Positions 39,406 to 51,430 are shown, counted from the first letter of the whole stretch. The stretch: 63,961 nt of DNA, filler included, from Octopus bimaculoides (GCF_001194135.2; 8 parts of 8 records of this genome joined end to end with filler, not necessarily neighbours in it); one strand, 5' to 3'. Notes: generated from the sequence alone by a model not told the origin. Translations and numbers: made by a program.

Positions 39406-39613
39406 TTAAATTTTTTTTTTTTTTGGGGGTGGTGGGGTTGTGTGTCTGTGTGTCTTGCTCTGTTTTAGTTCAGTGCTGCCGTTGGTGCCGCTGTTTCTAA
39501 TGCTGCTGGCGCTGTCGAATTGGGAGAGGAGTTTCGGAGGCGAGGTGCAGGTGCTAATCGTGGGGATGTCGGTGAGAGGGGTGCCGGTGGAAAGAGGTGT
39601 GTTGGGGTAGGCC
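39406..39613 (-). CDS. Possible Ser/Thr/Pro-rich coding exon, or a decayed trinucleotide repeat
   Basis: 68 open codons, AYPNTPLSTGTPLTDIPTISTCTSPPKLLSQFDSASSIRNSGTNGSTELK... Of the first 46 codons, 33 end in C. An AG sits at 39615-39614. Confidence 0.25.
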
Positions 39614-40175
39614 CTAGGTCAGGGTCTGGATGGTGGTGGTGGTGGCGGTGGTAACAGAAGAGAAAGAGAGAGAGAGAGATGAAGAGAGGGGGAGAGAAAG
39701 AGAAAGAGAGATCAGGATGAGATAGGAACGTTGTTGATACATAGTGGTCGATGTGATGGAAGTGACTGATTCAGGGAGAATATATATGTGTATGTATTTA
39801 CATGTGTGTGTATTTACATGTGTGTGTGTGTGTGTGTGCATGTATGTATTTATATGTATGTTCATGTAAACGTGTGTGTATGTGTGCATATATATATTTG
39901 TGTGTGTTTGTATGTATGTATTTATATGTATATATTCATACATGTATATATATATATATATATGTATTTATATGTATGTGTGTATAAATGTGTATGTGGT
40001 ATATGTATGTATTTATATGTATGTGTGTATAAATGTGTATGTGGTATATGTATGTATTTATATGTATATGTATATGTATGTAGGTAATGTATGTATATGT
40101 GTATATGTGTGTATATGTATGTATTTATATGTATATGTGTGTATATGTATGTATTTATATGTATATATGTGTATG

Positions 40176-40275
40176 NNNNNNNNNNNNNNNNNNNNNNNNN
40201 NNNNNNNNNNNNNNNNNNNTTAATTAATTAANNNNNNNNNNNNNNNNNNNNNNNNNNNNNNNNNNNNNNNNNNNN
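40176..40275. other. Artificial scaffold-joining spacer 3
   Basis: 44 N + TTAATTAATTAA (40220-40231) + 44 N. Confidence 0.95.
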
Positions 40276-40298
40276 GAACAGAAAAAGAAAGAGCGTTT

Positions 40299-40923
40299 AG
40301 AAATATTTCAACTCTAAATTTATTCAGACATCATAGGATTAATACATGTTACCATTAACCTCTACAATTAAAAGACGTGCTCAAAGTAGTGGCCATTAGC
40401 TTCCAGACACGGCGAACTGCTGCTTGGGCAACGAAGGCCACAGTGTCCAGTGGGATTGCTGCACGAGCTGTTTCAATTTCTTCTTGAAGAGTTGTCAGTG
40501 TAACCGGTTCTCTGCGATACATGACAATCGTAAGTAAATGTTTTCAGATGTTAAATCAAGAGAACGTGCGGGAATCTCAACTGCACCTCTTCGTCTTATT
40601 CAGTGTCCTGACAACCAGTAAGTTCGCACGTCTCGCTAGAAGTGTAGTAGTGCGCCGTGTTGTTGAAAGAAAAATTCATCGTGTCCATAAAGTTCATGTA
40701 TGGCAGGTAAAACGGACATGCGTAGCGTGTCTAGGTATCTTAACCAGTATCAGTTCCTTCAGAGCAAAATGGTCCTATAAAAACCTCTTGATGACGCTCC
40801 TCACCAGACACTGACCCCGATAATTTGACTACTTTGCCCACATGCCAAGAAAGGCAAAAACCGTTAAAAGCAACTTGTATTAATCCCATGATGTCTGAAT
40901 AAATTTAGTATTAAAATATTTCT
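40299..40923 (-). mobile_element. Internally deleted rosa-like (DD41D-type) Tc1/mariner element bounded by inverted repeats
   Basis: Minus-strand relic VSVW*...GFIGPF...EFFFQQHGA...IRRRGAVEIPARSLDLT...ANGHYFEHVF*. Inverted repeats at 40299-40346 and 40876-40923 (48 bp, about 4 mismatches). Confidence 0.8.
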
Positions 40924-40941
40924 GTTTTTCTTCCTCCGAAT

Positions 40942-41004
<63 letters not shown>

Positions 41005-41702
41005 ATTATGAATTCAATTTCGTATGTGTATTTCGTGTGCAAGATTCTTGATGTGGATACGTGTGTATACAAAAAACTATATACTGTTTATAAATTAATA
41101 AAGGACTGAACCAGTGCGTGTGTTTATTACCGGCATAATGCCTCTCCTAAGGTTTAATTGTATAAATTCAATTCTATACTAAATATACAACGAAATGTTG
41201 TATATATGTTTGTATCGTAGGAAACTAGGAAACGTTGCCAACATTTTTATCATACCCAAGGAAAAGATCTAATGCTGTAGTAATATACTCTCACAGGCAC
41301 AAGATCTAAATCTAATGGTTAAAACAACTTTACAGGGTGAAACCCAGAAATGGTGATAGCACAATGAATAAACTCTAACTCATAATGAATCCCATCCAGC
41401 AGCTAAAGTACGTGACTACTAACTGCTTATCCAGAGTGCGTGTGCCAGATACGGAACTATTGATAGCAAACATAAACAACAAAAATTTCCTCTATTTACT
41501 ATGAGAAACATATGGCCCACTAAGCACCTGATCCAACGAAATTTTAGTATCTTGAAAAGGCCTGTGAGAGAAATTTGACAATAGGGAATGAGAGAGGTTT
41601 TAAGCTCCGGAATGTGAGGGACTTTCAAAATTCAAAACGCTTGCAATGGTTTTTGTTCTTTTCTCTTTCAAAGAGGCGCCCGTCAGATAGCCAAGGGCTC
41701 AC

Positions 41703-41837
41703 CGTAACTCCCTGGCCTCCAGATTAATGTATCGACTAATTCTACTTCTTTTAGAGCCTGCATATCAGCAGTCATAAATCTAATCATTCTAATAGCATAT
41801 CTAGTAAGAGCGATGAGAAATGTATCAATCTTGCGAA
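41703..41837 (-). CDS. Candidate internal exon of an unidentified host gene
   Basis: CAG acceptor and GTGAGC donor enclose 135 bp, phase 1-1, open frame RKIDTFLIALTRYAIRMIRFMTADMQALKEVELVDTLIWRPGSY. The sequence is non-repetitive. Confidence 0.5.
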
Positions 41838-43540
41838 CTGTATATATATATATATATATATATATACACGCATATGATTTCATGCAACTCTCCTGTTATA
41901 GCTAACGGAACCGAATCAGAATATATAAAGGAACCAAGTAAAGGTTCATAACTAACATCAGTAATGATATGTATGCAGTATGCTCCATATGCCGGAGGAA
42001 AGTTTGAAACAAGTTAGACAAAAAGGAGACAGGGTAAGCTTATGATGATATGAAAGCAACAACTTCCAGGATGTAATCTTTATTGATTCTACTTTTATGA
42101 ACGGATAAAGGAAACGTAGAATTAAGGTAGCTGAAAAAATAGGAATATCTATTAAAGCCCTAATTTGTAGGGTATACCGGTCTGAGAAAACACCCTGTAC
42201 TTCAGAAACCTTAAATATGAGAATCAAACACATATATAGACGATAAAATTCGAGATGTGGTATAATGCATGCATTTCCTGAAAGAGGTTTGTGCAAGAGA
42301 CAACACTATAGCCTATATAGGATAGGCAACTTGTAGTACATATGAAAGGATTGAAAGCATTAACGTGGATATAATGAGAAAAGACAAGCATCTATACTTT
42401 ACCAAGACGCTATAAAGAAACAAGATTGATTAATAAATAATATCGACTTAAAATTCAGTTGATACACCCACATGATTCAACTGTCAGATTGATAACCAAG
42501 GCAGTTTCTATACGGTAAACATTCAAATTCCCCCACCGAACAAAAAGAACGAGTGGGCTAACAACAGCCTACCCACCTCTGCATTGCAGGCATAAATTGT
42601 ATCGATAAGAATAATACAATGATAATTACGGTTGAAAAATAATTATGCAATGAACAGAACACATTATGAAATAATATAATATTATTAGCACAATATAATA
42701 CATTGTGGTTTAAAAAAAAAAATTTACAAAATACAGGCGCATGCGCGTGTAGGAGTAGGTGTGGGCGCGCGCGAATATATGTACACATGTATATGTGTAA
42801 GTATGCATGGGTGTATGTCTACGACAAGGTGAAACTCTTGTGTGCATGTGTCTGATTCATTGGAGTATGTATAAATATGTGTGAGATAGTATGTGTATAT
42901 GTATAGATATATGTGTAAGTATAGGTACATACATAAATGCAAATGTGTATGCATACATACATGTGTGCCCGCCTGCCCTTGGATGAAACTGTTGCCAGTA
43001 AAAATTATCTATGAAGGCGACGAGATATGTACAGAGCAGAGTTAGGGATGTAGACATGCACAGATACACACATAGTCTCTCTCTTTCTCTCTCTCTCTCT
43101 CTCACACGCACACACACACACATACATACACACAAACACACACCTGCACCTATACACTGGAGGAAAGTGGATATACTGATATTAGGTTAGTGGTATCAAA
43201 GTAATGGATAATTATCGTAATTAGCGTGCAGTTTACTTCTTTGTGGATACATGACGCGTGTGTAACTCTTCAGCCAGTTAAATGGATTGAAAGACGTAAT
43301 ATCGCCTGCTATAGTTGTGATATCGTCTGCTATATCTGTGAATGGATAAAAAATAAATAAGACCTCCCAGGCATCCGTAATGGAGAGATAATGATGATAA
43401 ACCTTCTCGAAAGACTGTCTTTAGAACAAAATATTCGGAAATGATAAAGACATATCAGAAGTATAACAATATAGCCTGCAGCACAGAAAAAACGTTTGAA
43501 TTACGAGAATTCAGATTACATGTATACTTCAAGAGAATTA

Positions 43541-43636
<96 letters not shown>

Positions 43637-43669
43637 ACATATGAGAGAAATAAGGATAAACATCGGGTT

Positions 43670-43870
43670 TCAAATTTTGACACAAGGCCAGCAGGTTTTG
43701 GGGATGGATAAGTTAATAACATCAATCTCACCACTCAACTGAAAGGCAAAGTTGACATCGGCGGAATTTGAACTTTAGGAGCTTCAATATTGGTTTCAAT
43801 TTTGACACAAGGCCAACAATTTTTGGGTAGGGGGTAAATCGATTACATTGACCCCAGCCCTCAACTGGTA
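43670..43870 (-). mobile_element. Two partial SINE family C copies
   Basis: GGTTTCAAATTTTGACACAAGGCC occurs twice, near 43667 and 43793. Confidence 0.7.
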
Positions 43871-43895
43871 ACACAGGAAGCAGGCTAGATTATGA

Positions 43896-44170
43896 TAGGG
43901 CAGCGGACTCGCGGTCGGAGAATCGCAGTTTCGATTCCCAGACCGGGCGTTGTGAGTGTTTATTGAGCGAAAACATCTAAAGCTCCACGAGGATCCAGCA
44001 GGGGGTGGTGGCGATCCCTGTTGTACTCTTTCGCCCCAACTTTCTCTCACTCCTTCTTCCTGTTTCTTGAGTAAAGCTGCGATGGCGTCCCGTCCAGATA
44101 GGGGGGTGGGGAACACATACGCCATAGAAACCGGGAAACCGGGCCCATGAGCCTGGCTAGGCTTTAAAAG
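43896..44170 (+). mobile_element. SINE family B head with an alternative V/Meta-domain-like 3' half
   Basis: The head and body match family B to about 44065, then CTGCGATGGCGTCCCGTCCAG...AGAAACCGGG replaces the usual tail. Confidence 0.7.
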
Positions 44171-46107
44171 GGCGCATAAATAAATAATAAATAAACATAA
44201 CAGTANNNNNNNNNNNNNNNNNNNNNNNNNNNNNNNNNNNNNNNNNNNNNNNNNNNNNNNNNNNNNNNNNNNNNNNNNNNNNNNNNNNNNNNNNNNNNNN
44301 NNNNNNNNNNNNNNNNNNNNNNNNNNNNNNNNNNNNNNNNNNNNNNNNNNNNNNNNNNNNNNNNNNNNNNNNNNNNNNNNNNNNNNNNNNNNNNNNNNNN
44401 NNNNNNNNNNNNNNNNNNNNNNNNNNNNNNNNNNNNNNNNNNNNNNNNNNNNNNNNNNNNNNNNNNNNNNNNNNNNNNNNNNNNNNNNNNNNNNNNNNNN
44501 NNNNNNNNNNNNNNNNNNNNNNNNNNNNNNNNNNNNNNNNNNNNNNNNNNNNNNNNNNNNNNNNNNNNNNNNNNNNNNNNNNNNNNNNNNNNNNNNNNNN
44601 NNNNNNNNNNNNNNNNNNNNNNNNNNNNNNNNNNNNNNNNNNNNNNNNNNNNNNNATATATATATATATATATATATATATACACCCACACACACATATG
44701 TATGTTTGTATGTATGTATATGCATAAACGTATATGTGTATATGTGTATGTATGTATATGCCCATGAATTATTGAACCCAAAAGGGAGGTCGAACATACA
44801 CGAGTGTAAACGATATATATGTATGTAACACTATAAATCAAACAACGTACTTGATATCAGGTTTCTAAAGAGCAAGAACTACTCCTAGATTCATTCAATC
44901 CGTAAATTAACGCATATATTTGAGAAGAGAGCTGACAACAAACATCGAGTTGAAAGAGGTTTCGAGATTTGATACTCAGTTTTCTTATCTGTACACACGT
45001 TGTATTTGAAGAAATATTTGCAGAAGGTTTGCAGTTGTTGAGTTAATTAGCAAACGAGTCATATTTAAAGCCACGCTTAGATCTTCGGCTGTTGTCATTT
45101 TAGGTCACTTTATTATTAATACACGACCACGTTGTTGAGCAGTTGGTGTCTGGATTCGCTCATGCTACTTTCAAGTTAATTAAAATATCAACATTTTTCG
45201 CAAGGTAGCTGAGTCTGATTACATCCCTCCCTTGTAATTACATCTTTATATTCGGAATTTAAAATGTTATATAAAAAAAAACCTCCGATTTCAAACTGTG
45301 AAACCAAATTATCGTTAAAGAAAGGATGAAAAGCAAAGACGCTCCCTTGATATTTGAACTCAGAACAAAGAAAGACATGACAAAGTCATATAATTAGACA
45401 GTTTACCCAGTGTGTCTACTGGGTTCTACACCACTCTGTACATTAAAGCCATTATCATATTAAATGTCTAAATGTCTAAGATGAGTTATTGTTAATGAGA
45501 TTATGATTTAAAAGAAAAAAACAATAACACAAATATCTCAAAAACAATACGATAATACGATAATAATTTTTTTGACTATTAACTTAATTTAACCCCATCT
45601 TTTGAGATGAAGCATTCGAAAAAAATTTTAGATATAAATGTAAATATTAAACAAAATATACTCCATCTTCAAACATGATGTTAAAGACAAAAAATTATAA
45701 TCGTCTTATCGGTGATGAATTGACAGATTCGTTACAGTGTAGGATAGAATACTTCGTGGTTTTTATTTCTACTCTCTGCGGTCTGGGTTCAAATTACATT
45801 AATGTCAACTTTGTTGTCCACTGCTTCGGGTTCAATACAAAGGGCCGGCAGTTCTGGAAGTCTGTCGAACCGCGCCCTATGTTAGTTGTTCCAATCCTTT
45901 GCATTCTGAGTTCAAATCCCGCTATTGTCTACCCGGAGATAGACTTATTCTACCACACTTTTTGTCATCCCCCTACCTGGTGCCTTGAGTGCCTTTACTA
46001 GAGTCCGCTGTTTTGCAAGCTTTTCGGCCATGACACCGGTTAGAGGATACTTTCCTGCCAGTGTCATGAGCTCTCGCTCCTCTTGATTACGAGATAGACA
46101 AAATAAT

Positions 46108-46550
46108 AGTTTCAAATTTTGGCACAAGGCTAGAAATTTCGGGTAGAGGGAGTCGGTCGATTACATAGACCCTAATACGCAACTGGTATTTATTTTATCG
46201 ACCCCGAAAGGATGAAACTTGACTTTGGAGGAACTTGCACTCAGAACCGAAAGACAAACAAAATACCGCTAAACATTTTGCCCACCGCGTTAAAGATTCT
46301 ATCAGGCTCGCCGCCTTAAAATAACGATAAACAAAATAATCCTTCCTAATATAGGCACAAGGCCTGAAATTTTGGGAGAGGGTGCCAATCTATACCATCG
46401 ACCACCAGTGCGTAACTGGTACTGATTTCATCGACCCTGAAAGGCAAAGTCAATCTCGGTAGAATTTGAACTCAGAGTCAAAGGACGAACGAAATGCCGT
46501 TAAGTGTTTTGCCTGTCGCCTTAACGATTCTGCCAGGCTCACCGCTTTAA
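46108..46550 (-). mobile_element. Two head-to-tail SINE family C copies
   Basis: Units at about 46108-46319 and 46337-46550. Further + strand copies lie near 45740-45980 and 46700-46865. Confidence 0.8.
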
Positions 46551-47428
46551 GAAAAGACAAACAAAATGATATTAACTACCTTTATACTTTCTTTTTTCTC
46601 TGTTTTCCCCCACCTTCCTATCTGCTTCTATGGAAGTTCTTCAGTAGCAAGAATTTGACCGTTTTAAAGTAGATTGAAGAACATAATACTGAAAGTGTGG
46701 TAATATGGCAGATCAGACCAAACGGCATTTCTTCCAGCTTTATGCTTTGAGTTCAGAGGCCACCGATGCCGACTTTGCTTTCATAATTTCTAGGTCCATA
46801 AAATAACTGAACGCTGGAGTCTATGTAATCGACTAGGCCCCTTCCCCCACAAATTTCAGGTCCAGTGCATATATAACAGAAATACTGTAAGGGGGTGGGA
46901 ATAAGAGACAATCCATGAAAGTTTGCCCTCCGTACTGCCCCCCCCCACCTTAACCCAACCAAACAAATAAGCAAAACAAATCAAAACAAAACATCGGTAA
47001 AAGCGAATCATTGAGAATTTTACAGCTGAAAAGTGTATTACTATGCATACAAGCAATATACAACACGGGAAGAGTTGCTTCTTATAATAGGAAACATAAC
47101 AACAGCTATTGTATGTCTATTGATATAAGCGGAAGTTTGATAACAACAGCCTTTGTGTTTATTGTTACAGAATAGAACATATCAAACCATTGTTTATTGT
47201 TATTGCAGGAAGCCTATAACAAAATTCGTATTTATTTATGTTTACTTTTGTTTTTACTGTCATTTGCTGTCCTTTGTTTATTGTGGATCTATCTACTATT
47301 TCTTCAACAGTTTTCAGGGAAGCATGTATTAATTCCCCAAGTGAAGGTCATAAAATAACGTACGCGAATATATTAAAAGCAGAAATACACATGCACGCAT
47401 TAATACATACATGCAAATATGTGTGGAT

Positions 47429-47486
<58 letters not shown>

Positions 47487-47586
47487 NNNNNNNNNNNNNN
47501 NNNNNNNNNNNNNNNNNNNNNNNNNNNNNNTTAATTAATTAANNNNNNNNNNNNNNNNNNNNNNNNNNNNNNNNNNNNNNNNNNNN
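47487..47586. other. Artificial scaffold-joining spacer 4
   Basis: 44 N + TTAATTAATTAA (47531-47542) + 44 N. Confidence 0.95.
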
Positions 47587-47638
47587 AAACCTTCTTTCAT
47601 ATATATTTCCACTCGTACGGTATTCCACAACTTTACTT

Positions 47639-47721
<83 letters not shown>

Positions 47722-48491
47722 TAGATATGTGTGTGTGTATATTTCTATGAAAACTTTAATTCTTTGTCCTTCATTATGAAAGTAAGCTGCAATAGGGGTG
47801 TGACAGCAATTATCAATTTGGTTTAAGCTATCATCTGTGTTATTATAGATAACACCAATGAAGTAATTAGCTAACAATGGGTTATTATTCTTCCACAAAT
47901 AGAGATTATTCTCCTGAGATCCTAAAAATAACATTCTCCTGATATCAAAGTGTTAATATGCCTGCACATATCATCATTGTCACTATCATCGTCACCATCA
48001 TCATCAACGACAACATCGTTATCATCTTCATCATTATCATCATCATCATCATTATCGCCACTACCACCATCACAACCACTACCATTATATCTGTAACTGC
48101 TTTTCTATGCTGGCATGCATTGGATGGGTCAAACACAGCATCTTGGGATCTATTTCAAAACGGGGGCACCAGTATTTTCTTAATGAAACACTTTGAAACT
48201 TGGGACACTGGTAGAACGTGTCATATAAAACATCTTTTACTCTTAGTCTTCTTAACAAAAAAAAGGAATTCGCAAGTTATTCCATGTTAAAGTTGTCGTA
48301 TTTCTGTAATTTCAACCAATCACTGACGTCTATTCAGTTGAATAGAGTTACTGCTGGGCGGTCATAAAAATGTTATTCCCTGTGACATATTTCATCCGGT
48401 TTTATCGTAATTTATACGCATATATTGTTTATATAATAAATTACGCTGTGCGTATCTATGTGTGTAACAATTTTAGAGTTCGGATTCTAGA

Positions 48492-48536
48492 GTTAGGGTT
48501 AGTTTTAGGGTTAGGGTTACGGTTACGGTTACGGTT
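48492..48536 (+). repeat. Telomere-like (TTAGGG)/(TTACGG) tract running into a gap
   Basis: GTTAGGGTTAGTTTTAGGGTTAGGGTTACGGTTACGGTTACGGTT. Confidence 0.75.
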
Positions 48537-49051
48537 NNNNNNNNNNNNNNNNNNNNNNNNNNNNNNNNNNNNNNNNNNNNNNNNNNNNNNNNNNNNNNNN
48601 NNNNNNNNNNNNNNNNNNNNNNNNNNNNNNNNNNNNNNNNNNNNNNNNNNNNNNNNNNNNNNNNNNNNNNNNNNNNNNNNNNNNNNNNNNNNNNNNNNNN
48701 NNNNNNNNNNNNNNNNNNNNNNNNNNNNNNNNNNNNNNNNNNNNNNNNNNNNNNNNNNNNNNNNNNNNNNNNNNNNNNNNNNNNNNNNNNNNNNNNNNNN
48801 NNNNNNNNNNNNNNNNNNNNNNNNNNNNNNNNNNNNNNNNNNNNNNNNNNNNNNNNNNNNNNNNNNNNNNNNNNNNNNNNNNNNNNNNNNNNNNNNNNNN
48901 NNNNNNNNNNNNNNNNNNNNNNNNNNNNNNNNNNNNNNNNNNNNNNNNNNNNNNNNNNNNNNNNNNNNNNNNNNNNNNNNNNNNNNNNNNNNNNNNNNNN
49001 NNNNNNNNNNNNNNNNNNNNNNNNNNNNNNNNNNNNNNNNNNNNNNNNNNN

Positions 49052-49103
<52 letters not shown>

Positions 49104-49472
49104 ATGGTGGGATGGAGAAGCTCTTCTTCTACTGAACATTTCTTTCATTTATGTCGTTTCACCCTTTTCTTACCCAACTATCAATCTTCATATGTATCAC
49201 ATGTCCCTTGTTACAGTCATTTTTTTTCTTTTTTGCTTTTCTTTTTCTGTCGGCACCTTTATGCTCCCTCGTTTGTGCACAACAACATTAAAAGAATCTA
49301 TAAAGCAGACTCATAGCATCCTTTTACAACATTTGCGTATTATCCACACTTGGTACCCGTACCTTACTATCATAACAGTATCAGACTTCATATACAAAAT
49401 ACCATTGACCATATTCTTCACTCAAGCATGTCTCATGCTGTTCTTTATTCTGAGTATCATGCCATTACATGT

Positions 49473-49790
49473 GGAGGCGCAATGGCCCAGTGGTTAGGGC
49501 AACGGACTCATGGTCATAGAATCGCGGTTTCGGCAGGGGATGGTGGCAAACCCTGCTGTACTCTTTCACCACAACTTTCTCTCACTCTTACTTCCTGTTT
49601 CTGTTGTGCCTGTAATTCAAAGGGTCAGCCTTGTCACACTGTGTCACGCTGAATATCCCTGAGAACTACGTTAAGGGTACACGTGTCTGTGGAATGCTCA
49701 GCCACTTGCACGTTAATTTCACGAGCAGGCTGTTCCGTTGATCGGATCAACTGGAACCCTCAACGTCGTAAGCGACGGAGTGCCAACAAA
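49473..49790 (+). mobile_element. SINE family B copy with an internal deletion
   Basis: Starts GGAGGCGCAATGGCCCAGTGG and jumps from GCGGTTTC to GGCAGGGG. It ends GGAGTGCCAACAA. Confidence 0.88.
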
Positions 49791-49949
49791 CATGTCATTA
49801 CAACACTCAACTCCATTTCTGATTAGGTTACCTAGGTAATAGAAGCTATTAACTATTTCTAGCAAGCCTTCTAGTCAGCTACCCAAAAACTGCGAAATTA
49901 AATTCTGTGGTTATTCCATTAATGATGTTAAATACTCTATTCTCTATTA

Positions 49950-50150
49950 CTTGTTTCAGTCATTTGACTGTGGCCATGCTGGAGCACCGCCTTTAGTCGA
50001 GAAAATCAACCACAGGACTTATTCTTTGTAAGCCTAGTACTTATTCTATCGGTCTCTTTTTTGCCGAACCGCTAAGCTACGGGGATGTAAACACACCAGC
50101 ATCGGTTGTCAAGCCATGGTGGGGGGACAAACACAGACATACAAACACAC
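49950..50150 (-). mobile_element. SINE family A tail and body
   Basis: TTACTTGTTTCAGTCATTTGACTGTGGCCATGCTGGAGCACCGCC... Confidence 0.85.
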
Positions 50151-50617
50151 ATACATATATATATATATATATANNNNNNNNNNNNNNNNNNNNNNNNNNN
50201 NNNNNNNNNNNNNNNNNNNNNNNNNNNNNNNNNNNNNNNNNNNNNNNNNNNNNNNNNNNNNNNNNNNNNNNNNNNNNNNNNNNNNNNNNNNNNNNNNNNN
50301 NNNNNNNNNNNNNNNNNNNNNNNNNNNNNNNNNNNNNNNNNNNNNNNNNNNNNNNNNNNNNNNNNNNNNNNNNNNNNNNNNNNNNNNNNNNNNNNNNNNN
50401 NNNNNNNNNNNNNNNNNNNNNNNNNNNNNNNNNNNNNNNNNNNNNNNNNNNNNNNNNNNNNNNNNNNNNNNNNNNNNNNNNNNNNNNNNNNNNNNCCGAC
50501 GCCCGCCGATCGATAACCCCTCAAAAACATTGTTCAATACAAATCCAATAAAAGTCAAAAATTCAATGGCAGTTCAATAAAGTTCAATAAAAGTTCTTTT
50601 TAAAGATCTAATCTTCC

Positions 50618-51148
50618 TCATCTGGGCCTCCAAGCAAGTTGTCTTGTCGCCATCAGGAGATCTCGCAGTGGCAAACCCGGAAGAGCGTAAATAAAATCCT
50701 TTTTTTGACAGGTCTTTTCGACCTCCATGACTTCACTATGATTTAAGACCTCCGCAGCCACCTGCGGAGACCAATGTGGATGGTCTATTAATACCGAGTC
50801 ATAACGCTCACGGTCAAATAGATCATCCAGACACTTTTCAACGGGCCCTCCCTTGAGGTAACAGAAGATATACTCCGTTTCCTCATCACCGTGAGGGGCC
50901 GCAACCTGCTCTGTCAGTGGCACACATCCCACTGACAGAACATCCCGATCCGGTGGCACACTTCCCAACGGAGGGGCAATGGGTTCGGTCGGTGGCATGT
51001 CCGCCGACTGTCTCCCATTTCTCCTTTTCTTTTTTTTCCTTTTACTGGTTGCAGGGGTCGGGGCATCTTTCGGCAAACCTGAGGTGTCCTCCTCCTTTCC
51101 CGCAACCTCTATTTCTCCTGGTGAGCAACCACCGTTGCTCACCTTCCT
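50618..51148 (-). CDS. Unassigned GC-rich ORF, open to the scaffold end; probably the C-terminal part of a mobile-element or viral ORF
   Basis: At least 174 codons without a stop in non-microsatellite, GC-elevated sequence. It has a basic patch, SKRKKKKRRNGR, and a globular-looking C-terminal half. No motif recognised. Confidence 0.5.
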   Translation of the reverse strand, partial: RKVSNGGCSPGEIEVAGKEEDTSGLPKDAPTPATSKRKKKKRRNGRQSADMPPTEPIAPPLGSVPPDRDVLSVGCVPLTEQVAAPHGDEETEYIFCYLKGGPVEKCLDDLFDRERYDSVLIDHPHWSPQVAAEVLNHSEVMEVEKTCQKKDFIYALPGLPLRDLLMATRQLAWRPR

Positions 51149-51248
51149 NNNNNNNNNNNNNNNNNNNNNNNNNNNNNNNNNNNNNNNNNNNNTTAATTAA
51201 TTAANNNNNNNNNNNNNNNNNNNNNNNNNNNNNNNNNNNNNNNNNNNN
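51149..51248. other. Artificial scaffold-joining spacer 5
   Basis: 44 N + TTAATTAATTAA (51193-51204) + 44 N. Confidence 0.95.
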
Positions 51249-51279
51249 TGTGTGTGTGTGTGTCCAAAAGTTTTTTTTA

Positions 51280-51430
51280 TTCTCTCTGTTTATTTCCTCA
51301 GGTTCTCTTCTGTTGAAGAGCACAGGCTCGAAACGTAAGACTTTCTCACCTTATCGAGCGTCAAACTAATACACCTGTTTATTGTTTATACACCTGTCTT
51401 CGTCTTTTATTTTTCTGTAAATTTCAACTA
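51280..51430 (+). mobile_element. Penelope-type repeat family P1 copy
   Basis: CTGTTGAAGAGCACAGGCTCGAAACGTAAGAC...GAGCGTCAAACTAATACACCTG matches 2600-2768. Confidence 0.6.

Noticed and set aside
39961-40050. Tandem duplication of about 45 bp inside TA/TG-rich sequence
   Set aside because: An ordinary slippage product in a compound microsatellite.
41528-41561. 34-bp mini-exon that would continue the 41703-41837 frame (GLFKILKFRWI)
   Set aside because: The acceptor is good but the donor GTGCTT is poor, so it is not supportable without transcripts.
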